Source of the DNA: an uncultured Gemmatimonadales bacterium
GTDB lineage: Bacteria; Gemmatimonadota; Gemmatimonadetes; Longimicrobiales; RSA9
Assembly: GCA_963798845.1 (NCBI GenBank)
Contig: CAWCUS010000004.1
Coordinates: 96,001-160,000 of the forward strand
Reading direction: 5' to 3'
DNA: 64,000 nucleotides
Positions 9,178 through 21,904 of this stretch are shown piece by piece. A program made the translations under genes and the position numbers. Each line of letters opens with the position of its first letter. The first letter of the stretch is position 1. Under the pieces are notes generated by a model. It did no database searches. It saw only the letters and a list, made by a program, of their open reading frames with translations, and was not told the origin of the DNA.

Positions 9178-12100
9178 TCAGAAGGTGAGCCGGATCCCGG
9201 TCTGAATGCTCCAGCGGCTGTCGTAGAACGTGGTGTACGGCTTCACCGCGTTCTGGACGCCGTTGTCGTCCGTGACGGTCGGACCGTAGTAGTCGAACTG
9301 CATCGCACCCGTGGCGTTGTCACGCCCGCGCAGCTGCAGCAGGTTGATGTCCGAGTAGATCGGGCCCTGATCGAGGCCCCACTCGTGGTTGAGCAGGTTC
9401 AGCACGTTGAAGACATCCAGCGTCAGCGCGATCTTGCCGCGCTGCGTGGGCAGGGGGATGCCCTGCTGGAGCTTGACGTTCAGCTGATTGGTCCAGGGCG
9501 CCTGGCAGGCGAACGCCTCGAGGATGCTGCCCTTTGCGTCGCTCAGGCACGGCTCGAGATCGACCAGCTCGTTGAAGAGGCGCTGGTCCTCGGCCCCCGG
9601 CCGACCCGTCGGGCTCCAGGTGATCTCGCTGGCGTTGTTGGGAATGTAGACGATGTCGTTGTTGCGGTTGTTCACCACACCAAACGTCTCGTACCCGTCG
9701 CCGTTGACGTCCCCGTCGTAGATGTAGTAGTAGCGCTTCCCGGACCGGCCGATGTAGAACAGCGACAGCGTGGTCCCGCCGAACTTCTCGAAGAACGTCC
9801 CCGATGCGCTCACCAGGATCTTGTGCGGCCGATCGAAGCTGGACGGGGCCACCGGCGGGTCGTTCGGGTCCCCGCTGATCCCGTTGTACCCGTAATTCGA
9901 CGTGGCAATGCTGGACGTGAGGTCCTGCGTGGAGAACGCGCGGGAGTACGTGTAGGCGGCCCGCACGTCGACGTTGTCGAAGAAACTCCGCTGCAGCTCG
10001 AAGTTGAACAGGTACGCGTAGTTCTTGCTGTCGTTGGTGAGCTCGATCACCGGACCGAACGCACTGTTCTTCCGGTTCGGCGCCATCGCGTCGTAGGAGT
10101 TGTCGACCGGGTAGCCGTACACCGGGCGGCTGCCGATGGCGTCCGCCGGGTTCGACTGGCCGACGTACTCGAAGTTGAGGTCCTTCATCGCGATCTGGTT
10201 GATGGACTTCGTGTACAGCCCTTCCACCGTCGCCTGGAGGTCCCACGGCAGCTGGCGGTCAAAGGCCAGCGAGACCTTCAGCTCCTGCGGGAACTTGAAG
10301 TCCTGGTCGAACACGTTGACGACCATGACGCCGCTCGCCGTGGCCGGCGTGCCGTCTGCGCAGGTCGTTGGCACCGCGCTGCCCGTGAAGGTCGGCGTGT
10401 TCGCGCCCGAGCAGTTCAGCGCCACCAGCTCGTGACCGGTGTTGCCGTACTGGTTCGACAGCCATACGAACGGCGGGCGACCGGTGAAGAGCCCCGCACC
10501 ACCGCGCACCTGCGTCATCATGTCGCCCGGGATCTGCCAGTTGAAGCCGAGGCGGGGCGAGATGGAGAAGTTCCCCGACGGCACGACGGCCGTGGACAGA
10601 CCGAAGGCCTGCTGGAAGTCCCCGTTGTTGCGCGGCTTGTCCGGCATGATCGGGACATCGAAGCGGAGCCCGCCGCTCAGGGTGAGCTGCGGGTTGACCG
10701 TCCACTCGTCCTGGACATAGGCGCTCAGGTTGTAGACGCCGAACTTCGCGGCCAGGTCGCCGACGGTCAGGTCCCCGTACGGGACGTTGACGAAGTAGCT
10801 GCTCGCGTTCCCGGCGGCGAAGTCGGCGAGGTTGTCGAACCCCCACTGACCCATGGTGCCGGGGGCGAACAGGTTGCGGAAATGATAGTACTCGAGCTGG
10901 CCACCGAGCGTCGTACGGTGGGCTCCGAACACCTTCGTGAAGTTATCGGTGATCTGGACAATGTCCTGGTCCAGCTCGTTGGCCTGCGAGTACAGCTCGG
11001 CGCCGGCCTGAAGCGTGCCGTTGACGGACCCGCTGCTCACGCTGCTGGTGTTGTCGACCTGGACGAGCGGGTAACGGCCCACGGGGTTCCGACGGTCGCG
11101 GACGCGCTCGTAGTTGACCAGCAGCTCGTTGAACAGGTCCTGCGCGAAGGTCGAGTGGACCTGCAGCACCGCCGAGTTTGTGTTGCTCTCGAAGTTGTAG
11201 GTGCCCGATGAAAGCGTGAAGTACGACCCGCGTGAAGGCGAGCTCTGGTCGGATGCGTGCACGAAGTTGTCGCGGAACGTGATCCGGTGCTTCTCGCTCG
11301 GCGACCAGTCCAGGCGCGCGAAGACGTTGCTGTTCGGGTTCTCCTCGGCGTAGGCCGACGGGTCACCCGCGGAGAACCCGTACTGGTTCTCCAGGATGTT
11401 GATGAAGCGCCGGATCGAGTCCGGACTCTCCTTGATGATGGCAGGATCCGAGTCGATCCCGTACTGCAGCGGGTACTTCCGCTGCTGGAACTCGCCCGCG
11501 GCATAGAGGTGCAGCCTGTCCTTGACGATCGGGCCGCCCAGCGAGAAACCCAGCGTCTGGTCCAGGAAGTCGGCCGTCGTGAGCGTTTGCTCGACCGAGC
11601 CGCCGCCCGCCACCGGGAGCTTGTATGCCAGGCTGTCGTTCAGGAAGTTCTCGTCCCGGTAGTATCCGTACAGGGAGCCCTTCCACTCGTTCGTCCCGCT
11701 CTTCGTCACGGCGTTGATCAGGCCGCCGCTGAAGCCGGCCTGGCGCACGTCGAAGGGGGCCACCAGCACTTCGAACTGCGCGATGGCGTCGATCGGGATC
11801 GGCTTGGCGTTCGCCTGACCGCCCGGTACGCCGCTCGCCGCCAGACCGAACACGTCGTTGTTCACGGCGCCGTCGATCTGAATGTTGTTCATCCGGTTGT
11901 TCTGCCCGCCCACGGACGGAGCATCGCCGGTGACCGAGACGTACGGCGACATCGCAGCCAGGTCGTTGATGTGCCGATCAATGCTCGGCACGTCCGCGAT
12001 CGACGCCTCGTCTACGGTCGTCTGCGCGCCCATGTGCGTCGGGCTGAACACGTCGCTGCGGGCCGTGGTCACGCGGATCTCACCCGCGCTCACCGCCTCC

Positions 12101-12447
12101 GGCCGGAGCGTGAAGTTCAGCTCGTACACGTCGCCGAGCGTGAGCCGAACGTCCTCCTGCCGCTCCGTGGCGTAGCCCAGAGCGGAGACCTCCACCACGT
12201 AGCCGGCGCCGGGCTTGAGGTAGGGGATGAAGTAGCGGCCGTTCTGCCCGGAGATCGCCCGGTTGGTCACGCCCGTCTGGGCATTGCGCACGACCACCTC
12301 GGCAGCGGGAACCGTCGTGCCATCGGCGGCCCGAATCGTTCCGGCAAGGCCGGCCGTCGTCGTGCTCTGGGCGCTCAGTCCGCCAGCTCCACCGACGAGC
12401 AGGGCGAAGCCCAGGAGCGACGACCACTTACGAAACAAGTTCGTCAT
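9178..12447 (-). CDS. TonB-dependent receptor, Oar-like, with carboxypeptidase-regulatory-like N-domain
   Basis: Signal peptide after MTNLFRKW, plug motif GFSGGLINAVTKSGTN, YVQDEW, SPRLGF, C-terminal F. Confidence 0.9.
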   Translation of the reverse strand: MTNLFRKWSSLLGFALLVGGAGGLSAQSTTTAGLAGTIRAADGTTVPAAEVVVRNAQTGVTNRAISGQNGRYFIPYLKPGAGYVVEVSALGYATERQEDVRLTLGDVYELNFTLRPEAVSAGEIRVTTARSDVFSPTHMGAQTTVDEASIADVPSIDRHINDLAAMSPYVSVTGDAPSVGGQNNRMNNIQIDGAVNNDVFGLAASGVPGGQANAKPIPIDAIAQFEVLVAPFDVRQAGFSGGLINAVTKSGTNEWKGSLYGYYRDENFLNDSLAYKLPVAGGGSVEQTLTTADFLDQTLGFSLGGPIVKDRLHLYAAGEFQQRKYPLQYGIDSDPAIIKESPDSIRRFINILENQYGFSAGDPSAYAEENPNSNVFARLDWSPSEKHRITFRDNFVHASDQSSPSRGSYFTLSSGTYNFESNTNSAVLQVHSTFAQDLFNELLVNYERVRDRRNPVGRYPLVQVDNTSSVSSGSVNGTLQAGAELYSQANELDQDIVQITDNFTKVFGAHRTTLGGQLEYYHFRNLFAPGTMGQWGFDNLADFAAGNASSYFVNVPYGDLTVGDLAAKFGVYNLSAYVQDEWTVNPQLTLSGGLRFDVPIMPDKPRNNGDFQQAFGLSTAVVPSGNFSISPRLGFNWQIPGDMMTQVRGGAGLFTGRPPFVWLSNQYGNTGHELVALNCSGANTPTFTGSAVPTTCADGTPATASGVMVVNVFDQDFKFPQELKVSLAFDRQLPWDLQATVEGLYTKSINQIAMKDLNFEYVGQSNPADAIGSRPVYGYPVDNSYDAMAPNRKNSAFGPVIELTNDSKNYAYLFNFELQRSFFDNVDVRAAYTYSRAFSTQDLTSSIATSNYGYNGISGDPNDPPVAPSSFDRPHKILVSASGTFFEKFGGTTLSLFYIGRSGKRYYYIYDGDVNGDGYETFGVVNNRNNDIVYIPNNASEITWSPTGRPGAEDQRLFNELVDLEPCLSDAKGSILEAFACQAPWTNQLNVKLQQGIPLPTQRGKIALTLDVFNVLNLLNHEWGLDQGPIYSDINLLQLRGRDNATGAMQFDYYGPTVTDDNGVQNAVKPYTTFYDSRWSIQTGIRLTF

Positions 12448-12619
12448 CGTCTGTCCATGTTGGGGGTACTCGGGAGTCGTCCGGACTCTGGATGGGCCCG
12501 GCGAGAACGACCGGATACGACGCAATGGCCGTCCCGCATCTGGAACGGCTCCGAAAAGGGGCTGCTGCCGGCGTCGGTCATCACTACAGCGGTCGTGGGT
12601 GACTGGGAAAGTCCGGGCA

Positions 12620-12648
12620 ATGATAGGGGGGCGCGGTCACAGAATCAA
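12620..12648 (-). promoter_or_regulatory. sigma70-type promoter for TBDR
   Basis: Minus strand TTGATT, 17 bp spacer, TATCAT. Implies a ~165-nt 5' UTR. Confidence 0.6.
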
Positions 12649-12746
12649 CCCTGCCGCTGACTTCTCCGCGGAACTGTTGCCGTACCGTGACCGTTCGCCG
12701 CCGGAGCGTGTTCAGGATCGCCGGCGGTGGGCCTTCCGAGGTCTGT

Positions 12747-13808
12747 TCAGCCGGCTGCGCTGGCCCGGCGCGGGGCGTCGTCAAGGGCGGCGATGGCCTC
12801 GCTGATCCGGGCGACCAGGGCCTGCTTCTCCTGGTAGGGGAGGAACGCGCTCTCGAAGCCGTTGAGGGCGATCCGGGTCAGCTCGTCCCAGGTGAAGTCC
12901 AGGTACGTGTGGGCCCGCCAGTACTCGTCGGTGACGGTGGTCGCGCTCATGAGACGGTTGTCCGTGTTGAGCGTCACCACCAGCCCCTGGTCGAAGTAGA
13001 GGCGGAGCGGGTGGTCCTGAAAGCGCTCCACGGCGTGTGTCTGGACGTTGGACGTGAGGCAGATCTCGATGGGGACCCGGAAGTCGTTGATGTACTGCAT
13101 GAGGTCCGGGTCCTCGTAGAGGCGGGTGCCGTGGCCGATCCGGTTGGCGTTGCAGTAGTGCAGCGCCTGGTGGATCGACTCGGGGCCGTACGCTTCCCCG
13201 GCGTGGATGGTGGCCGCCACGTTCGCGTTGCCCACGCGGTAGAAGGCTTCCCGGTGCATCTTCGCCGGGTTGTTGTACTCGGCCCCGGCCAGGTCGAAGG
13301 CCACGACGCCACGGTTCTTGAAAGTGACCGTGAGGTCGGCCAGGTCCATGGAGGTGTGCGGGCTCATGTTGCGGATCCCGCAGATGATGATGCCCGTGCG
13401 GATGTCGTACTGTTCCTCGGCGCGACGAAGCCCGCGAAGCGGGGCTTCCACCGCCTCCTCCAGGGTCAGCCCGTCCTGGATGTTGAGGACGGGGGAGAAG
13501 CGTACCTCCATGTAGCGGACGTTCTCGAGGGCCGCGTCCTCGGCGAGCTCGAAGGCGATGCGCTCGAGTGCGGCGGCGTCCTGCATGACGGAGAGGGTGA
13601 CATCGAAGCGCGACAGGTAGTCCACCAGGTCGCGCGCATCCTGGACATGCATGTACCTGGCGAGCTCCTCCGGCTCGTGTGCCGGGAGCTTCACGCCGCG
13701 CTCGTCCGCCAGCTCGATCAGGGTGGAGGGCCGGAGCGACCCGTCCAGGTGCACGTGCAGATCCGTCTTGGGCAGGCGACGCAGCGCCTCCTCGGTCACT
13801 CGGGCCAT
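12747..13808 (-). CDS. add: Adenosine deaminase
   Basis: LPKTDLHVHLDGS, HAGE, RIGHG, EICLTSN, NTDN. Confidence 0.93.
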   Translation of the reverse strand: MARVTEEALRRLPKTDLHVHLDGSLRPSTLIELADERGVKLPAHEPEELARYMHVQDARDLVDYLSRFDVTLSVMQDAAALERIAFELAEDAALENVRYMEVRFSPVLNIQDGLTLEEAVEAPLRGLRRAEEQYDIRTGIIICGIRNMSPHTSMDLADLTVTFKNRGVVAFDLAGAEYNNPAKMHREAFYRVGNANVAATIHAGEAYGPESIHQALHYCNANRIGHGTRLYEDPDLMQYINDFRVPIEICLTSNVQTHAVERFQDHPLRLYFDQGLVVTLNTDNRLMSATTVTDEYWRAHTYLDFTWDELTRIALNGFESAFLPYQEKQALVARISEAIAALDDAPRRASAAG

Positions 13809-13824
13809 GCTCCTCCCCCGTTGG

Positions 13825-16494
<2,670 letters not shown>

Positions 16495-16551
16495 TTTCGA
16501 TTTCCGGATTCCGTGGAGCGCGGTACGCGCGAAATGGTCGAGCAATGTACG

Positions 16552-16581
16552 AGTGTACGTGGCGGCGACCGGTCCGAACAA
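16552..16581 (-). promoter_or_regulatory. Possible ppdK promoter
   Basis: Minus strand TTGTTC, 18 bp spacer, TACACT. Confidence 0.45.
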
Positions 16582-16595
16582 GGCCGGGACGGCGG

Positions 16596-16744
16596 GCTCG
16601 GCCTTCCGGCCTCGCAGAGGGGCTCGGCCTGCGGCCTCGCAGAGGGGCTCGGCCATTCGGCCTCGCAGAGGGGCTCGGCCTGCGGCCTCGCAGAGGGGCT
16701 CGGCCTTGCGGCCTCGCAGAGGGGCTCGGCCCTTCGGGCCTCGC
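16596..16744 (-). repeat. Tandem array of 6 mini-hairpins (GCGA-GGCC-loop-GGCC-GAGC with CCCTCT linker)
   Basis: Plus-strand unit CGGCCTCGCAGAGGGGCTCGGCC with period ~25-26 bp. Variation is confined to the hairpin loops. Confidence 0.95.
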
Positions 16745-16873
16745 AGGCGGTGGGGTAAAGGCGGCCGCATCCCGTCGTGAGCTGGCTGCTTCCGGCCGTC
16801 GTGGCAAGGCAGGCCCATCGCGGGGAGCGCTGGGACGCGGATCGGCCGGGCGACGGAGCCGGACGGGGATCCT

Positions 16874-17133
16874 GCGAACGAAGTGAGCCCCTCTGCGAGG
16901 CCGCAACGCGGCCGAGCCCCTCTGCGAACGAAGTGAGCCCCTCTGCGAGGCCGCAACGCGGCCGAGCCCCTCTGCGAACGAAGTGAGCCCCTCTGCGAGG
17001 CCGCGACGCGGCCGAGCCCCTCTGCGAACGAAGTGAGCCCCTCTGCGAGGCCGCAAGCGGCCGAGCCCCTGCAACGAGTGAGCCCCTCTGCGAACGAAGT
17101 GAGCCCCTCTGCGAGGCCGCAACGCGGCCGAGC
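16874..17133 (+). repeat. Tandem array of 50-bp units with alternating hairpins GCGAACGAAGTGAGC and GCGAGGCCGCAACGCGGCCGAGC
   Basis: About 5 units, 11 hairpins (one degenerate), CCCTCT linkers. Inverted relative to the 16596-16744 array. Confidence 0.95.
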
Positions 17134-17140
17134 CCTGCCT

Positions 17141-18523
17141 TCAGCAGGTGGAGGCGATCGGGAATCCGCGCTCGAGGTCCACGAGCGGCGAGGTGTACTG
17201 GCCGGAGAAGCAGGCGTGGCAGAAGGGGCCGACTGCGGCGACGGCGTCGGTCATGCCCTCGAGCGAGAGATAACCGAGGGAATCCACGTCGAGGTGCTGG
17301 CGGATCTCTTCGACGGTCTTGCGGGAGCCGATGAGCTCCTCACGCGTGGGCATGTCGATGCCGTAGAAGCACGGGTAGCGCACGGGCGGGCTGGAGATCC
17401 GGAAATGGACTTCTTTGGCGCCGGCTTCCCGGAGGAGTCGGACGAGGCCCATGCTTGTGGTGCCGCGCACGAGGGAGTCGTCGACCACCACCACGCGCTG
17501 CCCCTCGAGGACCTCGCGCACGGGGTTGTACTTGATTCGGACGCGGAAGTCGCGTCCGGCCTGCGTGGGGTGTATGAAGGTGCGGCCCACGTAGTGGTTT
17601 CGGATGAGCCCGAGCTCGTACGGGATGCCGCTCTCTTCGGAGAAGCCGAGGGCGGCGGAGTTGGAGGAATCGGGGACGCTGATGACGACGTCGGCGTCGG
17701 CGGGGTGTTCGCGCGCGAGACGTCGTCCGAAGGCGCGTCGGGCGCGGTCCACGCTCTGGCCCCAGATCCGGGAGTCGGGGCGCGCGAAGTAGACGAGCTC
17801 GAAGATGCAGGGGGCGATGGGGTGCTCCCCGCCCACTTCCCGGAGCGACGTGAGCTCGTGGCCCCTGATCCGGACCATCTCGCCCGCCTCGATGTCGCGG
17901 ACGTACTCTGCGCCCACCAGGTCGAGGGCGCAGCTCTCACTGGCGACGATCCAGCCATCGTCGGGGAAGCGGCCGAGGACGAGGGGCCGGAAGCCGTAGG
18001 GGTCGCGGGCCGCGTAGAGGGTTTCGCCGACGGTGATGATGACGCTGACCGCGCCGGTGAGGCGGGAGAGGGCCTCGGAGATCTGCTCGTCGGGCGTGGG
18101 GCAGCGGGAGCGGGAGATCAGGTGGACGATGACCTCGCTGTCGATCGTCCCCTGGAAGAGCGCGCCTTCCTCGACGAGCTCCTCGCGCAGCACGTGGGCG
18201 TTGGTGATGTTCCCGTTGTGGACCAGTCCGAGGTCACCCTCCCGGTAGTTCACGACAATGGGCTGGGCGTTGACCAGCCCCGGACCGCCGGCTGTGGAGT
18301 ATCGAGTGTGCCCGAGTGCCACGTGGCCCGGCAGCGCGGCCAGGTCCGCGTCGTTGAACCCTTCGACGACGAGCCCCTCCCGCTTCATGAGGCGCGCCTT
18401 CCCGTTCTCGGCCACGGCGGCGATCCCCGTCGATTCCTGGCCCCGGTGCTGCAGCGCGTACAGCCCCAGGAAGACCAGCTTGGCCGCTTCCCGCGCGCCG
18501 GTGACGCCTACGATACCGCACAT
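17141..18523 (-). CDS. purF: Amidophosphoribosyltransferase
   Basis: MCGIVG Ntn-Cys, LQHRGQE, GHTRYST, VVVDDSLVRGTT, CHACFSG. Confidence 0.97.
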   Translation of the reverse strand: MCGIVGVTGAREAAKLVFLGLYALQHRGQESTGIAAVAENGKARLMKREGLVVEGFNDADLAALPGHVALGHTRYSTAGGPGLVNAQPIVVNYREGDLGLVHNGNITNAHVLREELVEEGALFQGTIDSEVIVHLISRSRCPTPDEQISEALSRLTGAVSVIITVGETLYAARDPYGFRPLVLGRFPDDGWIVASESCALDLVGAEYVRDIEAGEMVRIRGHELTSLREVGGEHPIAPCIFELVYFARPDSRIWGQSVDRARRAFGRRLAREHPADADVVISVPDSSNSAALGFSEESGIPYELGLIRNHYVGRTFIHPTQAGRDFRVRIKYNPVREVLEGQRVVVVDDSLVRGTTSMGLVRLLREAGAKEVHFRISSPPVRYPCFYGIDMPTREELIGSRKTVEEIRQHLDVDSLGYLSLEGMTDAVAAVGPFCHACFSGQYTSPLVDLERGFPIASTC

Positions 18524-18581
18524 GCCGCCCCGCCCCCTGTGCTACGGTGCATCGCCTGGACCCGAACTCCCGCCGGGCCGT

Positions 18582-20888
18582 CTAATCCGCTCCGGCCGCA
18601 GCCGGCGCCTCCATTACCCCCGGGATCGCCGAGTGATACGCCCGGGCGAGCTCCGTCGTGTCGATCCGGAGGCTCCGGCCGGCCACGGAGAGCCGGAACA
18701 CGGCGCCCGCGTCGCGCTCGTTCACGGTCCCGATCCGGCGGCCGGGAACCTCGCGCGCGCGGGCGGCGGCGAGCACCCGCTCGACGTTCCCCTGCTCGCA
18801 GGAGACCACCACGCGCCCCTGGGCCTCCCCGAACAGCAGCGCGGGAACCGGAACGTCATCGGCGAGCGTGACGTCGAAGCCGACCCGCGATTCGGGGGCG
18901 CCCACCGCGCACTCGGCGATGCAGACGGCGAGGCCGCCCTCTGCGCAGTCGTGGGCGCTCTTCAGCAGGCGGCCCGCGGTCATCTCGAGGATCGCATCCA
19001 CCAGCCGCCGCTCGCCCTCCAGGTCGACGTTGGGGACGGGCCCGGCGGTGCGGCCGTGGATCGTCTTCAGGTACTCCGACGCTCCGATCTCGGCAGTGTT
19101 GGCGCCGAGCAGGATGATGGCGTCGCCGGGATCGCGGAACCAGGCGCCGATGGCGGTGTCCACGTCCTCGAGCACGCCCACCATGCCGATCACCGGGGTG
19201 GGGAAAATGGCGCCACGCGGATTCTCGTTGTACAGCGACACGTTGCCGCCCGTGACCGGGGTCTCCAGCACCCGGCACGCCTCGCCCATGCCCGCCGTGG
19301 CCTCCCTCAGCTGGAAGTAGACTTCCGGCTTGAGCGGGTTGCCGAAGTTCAGGTTGTCCGTGACCGCCCGCGGCCGGGCACCCACGCACGCCAGGTTGCG
19401 CGCGGCCTCCGCCACGGCAATGGCGCCGCCTTTCCGCGGGTCGAGGTAGGCGAAGCGAGGATTGCAGTCGGTCGTGGCGGCGATGCCGCGGCGGGTGCCT
19501 CGCACGCGGAGCACACCGGCGTCGCCGCCGGGAGGCTGCACGGTGTTGGTGCGGACTGTGGAGTCGTACTGGTCGTGGACCCACGACTTGGACGCGATGT
19601 TGGGGGCGCCCATCAGCGTGACCAGGTCCCGCGCCGGGTCGCGGGCGGCCATGGCCGTGGCGAGCTCACCGGGGTCCCACTCCCGCAGCCGCCGGACCTC
19701 GTCCGACTCGCGCCCCTCGCGTATGTACGTCGGGCACTCCACCAGCGCGGTGCCCGGGATCTCGGCGACGACGTGGCCGCGCTCTCGCACCCGGTAGAAC
19801 CCGTCGTCGGTGACCTGCCCGATGACGGCGGCCTCGAGCTCCCATTTCTCCAGGATCCGGACCACGTCATCCTCGTGACCGGCGCGCGCCACCACGACCA
19901 TCCGCTCCTGGCTCTCGCTGAGGAGGATCTCGTATGGCGTCATGTCCGTTTCCCGGAGCGGCACTTTCGCCACGTCGATGTCCACGCCGGTTCCCGCGCG
20001 GGCGGCCATCTCGCTGGAGGCGGAGGCGAGGCCCGCGGCGCCCATGTCCTGGATGCCGACAATGTGGCCGCTCCTGATCAGCTCGAGCGACGCCTCGAGG
20101 AGGAGCTTCTCGGTGAACGGGTCGCCGACCTGGACCTGAGGCCGGCTCGACTCCGTCTCCTCGCTCAGCTCCTCGCTGGCGAACGTGGCGCCGTGGATCC
20201 CGTCGCGCCCGGTGCGCGCCCCGACTGCCAGGATCGGGTTGCCCGGGCCGGACGCGTTGGCGCGGATCAGGTCGTCCTTCTTCATGAGCCCGATGGCCAG
20301 CGCGTTGATGATCGGGTTCCCTTCGTATGCCTCGTCGAACCAGGTCTCGCCGCCAATGTTCGGGATGCCGACGCAGTTGCCGTAGTCGCCGATCCCTTTC
20401 ACGACGCCGTCGAACAGATAACGGACACGGGGGCTGGTCAGGTCGCCGAAATGAAGGGAATCGAGGACGGCCACCGGCCGGGCGCCCATGGTGAAGACGT
20501 CGCGCAGGATCCCGCCCACGCCCGTGGCCGCGCCCTGGTACGGCTCCACGGCGGATGGGTGGTTGTGGCTCTCGATCTTGAACGCGACCGCGTAGCCGTC
20601 GCCAATGTCGATGACACCCGCGTTCTCGCCCGGACCCTGGAGCACCCAGGGAGCCTCGGTGGGCAGCTGTCGGAGCAGCGGCTTGGAGTTCTTGTAGCCG
20701 CAGTGCTCGCTCCAAAGCGCGCTGAACAGGCCCAGCTCGGTGTACGTGGCGTCCCGGCCGAGGATCTCCCGGATCCGGGCGTACTCCTCTTCCGTGAGGC
20801 CGTGTTCCGCCACCAGCTCGGGGGTGACCGCGGGGTCCCCCGGGCGGGGTTCCGCGCTGCCGCCGGTTGCGCTCCGCGTCGCGCTCAT
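18582..20888 (-). CDS. purL: Phosphoribosylformylglycinamidine synthase subunit PurL
   Basis: [46 protein letters not shown]. Confidence 0.97.
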   Translation of the reverse strand: MSATRSATGGSAEPRPGDPAVTPELVAEHGLTEEEYARIREILGRDATYTELGLFSALWSEHCGYKNSKPLLRQLPTEAPWVLQGPGENAGVIDIGDGYAVAFKIESHNHPSAVEPYQGAATGVGGILRDVFTMGARPVAVLDSLHFGDLTSPRVRYLFDGVVKGIGDYGNCVGIPNIGGETWFDEAYEGNPIINALAIGLMKKDDLIRANASGPGNPILAVGARTGRDGIHGATFASEELSEETESSRPQVQVGDPFTEKLLLEASLELIRSGHIVGIQDMGAAGLASASSEMAARAGTGVDIDVAKVPLRETDMTPYEILLSESQERMVVVARAGHEDDVVRILEKWELEAAVIGQVTDDGFYRVRERGHVVAEIPGTALVECPTYIREGRESDEVRRLREWDPGELATAMAARDPARDLVTLMGAPNIASKSWVHDQYDSTVRTNTVQPPGGDAGVLRVRGTRRGIAATTDCNPRFAYLDPRKGGAIAVAEAARNLACVGARPRAVTDNLNFGNPLKPEVYFQLREATAGMGEACRVLETPVTGGNVSLYNENPRGAIFPTPVIGMVGVLEDVDTAIGAWFRDPGDAIILLGANTAEIGASEYLKTIHGRTAGPVPNVDLEGERRLVDAILEMTAGRLLKSAHDCAEGGLAVCIAECAVGAPESRVGFDVTLADDVPVPALLFGEAQGRVVVSCEQGNVERVLAAARAREVPGRRIGTVNERDAGAVFRLSVAGRSLRIDTTELARAYHSAIPGVMEAPAAAGAD

Positions 20889-21610
20889 GGCGCCACCGAT
20901 TCCCTGACGGCGCCAGCGTGCGTGCCCGTCTCTTCGCGCAGCGCACGGAACAGCGGGAGCCCGTCCGTGCCGCCGAGCAGCGCCTCCACCATTCGCTCAG
21001 GATGTGGCATGAGCCCAAGCACGTTGCCCTGCTCGTTGATGATCCCCGCGATATTGTGGGCGGAGCCGTTCGGGTTCGCCGTGTCGGTCGCCTCGCCCGC
21101 GGCGTCGACGTAGCGGAAGACCACTCGGCGCTCCTCCTCGAGGCGGGCGAGCGTGTCCTCGTCCGCCAGGTAGTTCCCTTCGCCGTGGGCGAGCGGAAGG
21201 CGCAGCACCTGCCCGTGCCGGTACTGGCGAGTGAACGGTGTGTCCGTGCGGTCCACGCGAACGCGCACTTCCTTGCCCAGGAACTTGAGGCCCCGGTTGC
21301 GGACCAGGGCGCCCGGGAGGACGCCGGCCTCGCACAGGATCTGGAAGCCGTTGCAGATCCCGAGGACCAGCCCGCCGTCGCGGGCGAAGCGGATGACGTC
21401 GTCCATGACCGGCGAGAAGCGGGCGATGGCGCCGGCGCGGAGATAGTCGCCGTAGGAGAAGCCGCCGGGCAGGATGACGAGGTCGGGGTCGCCCAGGTCG
21501 GTCTCCCGGTGCCAGACGAACCACGCTTCCTCCCCGAGCACGTCGGTGACGGCCTTGTAGCAGTCGTAGTCGCAGTTCGAGCCCGGGAATGTGACTACGG
21601 CCGCCCGCAT
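20885..21610 (-). CDS. purQ: FGAM synthase subunit PurQ
   Basis: [31 protein letters not shown]. Confidence 0.97.
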   Translation of the reverse strand: MRAAVVTFPGSNCDYDCYKAVTDVLGEEAWFVWHRETDLGDPDLVILPGGFSYGDYLRAGAIARFSPVMDDVIRFARDGGLVLGICNGFQILCEAGVLPGALVRNRGLKFLGKEVRVRVDRTDTPFTRQYRHGQVLRLPLAHGEGNYLADEDTLARLEEERRVVFRYVDAAGEATDTANPNGSAHNIAGIINEQGNVLGLMPHPERMVEALLGGTDGLPLFRALREETGTHAGAVRESVAP

Positions 21611-21867
21611 CACGACGCCTCCGCGAGGGAGATGGCGTAGTCCTCGGTGACCGGGTTCGCGAGGAGCTTGCGGCACATCTCCTCGGCGCGGGTGCGCGCT
21701 TCCTCCTCGCTGCCGGCGCGCAGCTCCATGCGGATCAAACGCCCGATCCTGACCCCGCCGGCACCGGCGAATCCGAGGGACTGCAGCGCGTGCTCCACCG
21801 CCTTCCCCTCCGGGTCCAGCAGCCCGGCGCGAGGGGTCACCCTGACTTCCACGCTGTACTCGGCCAC
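21610..21867 (-). CDS. purS: FGAM synthase subunit PurS
   Basis: LDPEGKAV...[13 protein letters not shown] start with GGGAG RBS. Confidence 0.93.
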   Translation of the reverse strand: MAEYSVEVRVTPRAGLLDPEGKAVEHALQSLGFAGAGGVRIGRLIRMELRAGSEEEARTRAEEMCRKLLANPVTEDYAISLAEAS

Positions 21868-21904
21868 GGCTCTCCCGTTCGCTTTCAGTTCGACGTTCTC
21901 GCCT

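Noticed and set aside
9172..12660. Long antisense/overlapping ORFs (e.g. 9172-11211 +, 18258-21113 +, 52327-54756 -, 55779-58337 -)
   Set aside because: These are shadow frames opposite well-supported genes, as expected in high-GC DNA, and show no motifs.
16765..16840. SRP (4.5S) RNA
   Set aside because: Only GGAAGCAGCCA matches. The conserved TCAGG strand and GNRA-capped helix are missing.
16495..16956. 154-aa N-terminal extension of PpdK and the 221-aa ORF through the repeats
   Set aside because: The open frames arise from stop-free GC-rich repeats. PpdK homology begins at MSDRWVYFFG, with its own candidate promoter upstream.
16596..17133. CRISPR array
   Set aside because: There are no unique 25-45 bp spacers. 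Linkers are essentially invariant 6-mers, variation is limited to hairpin loops, and no cas genes are in the window.
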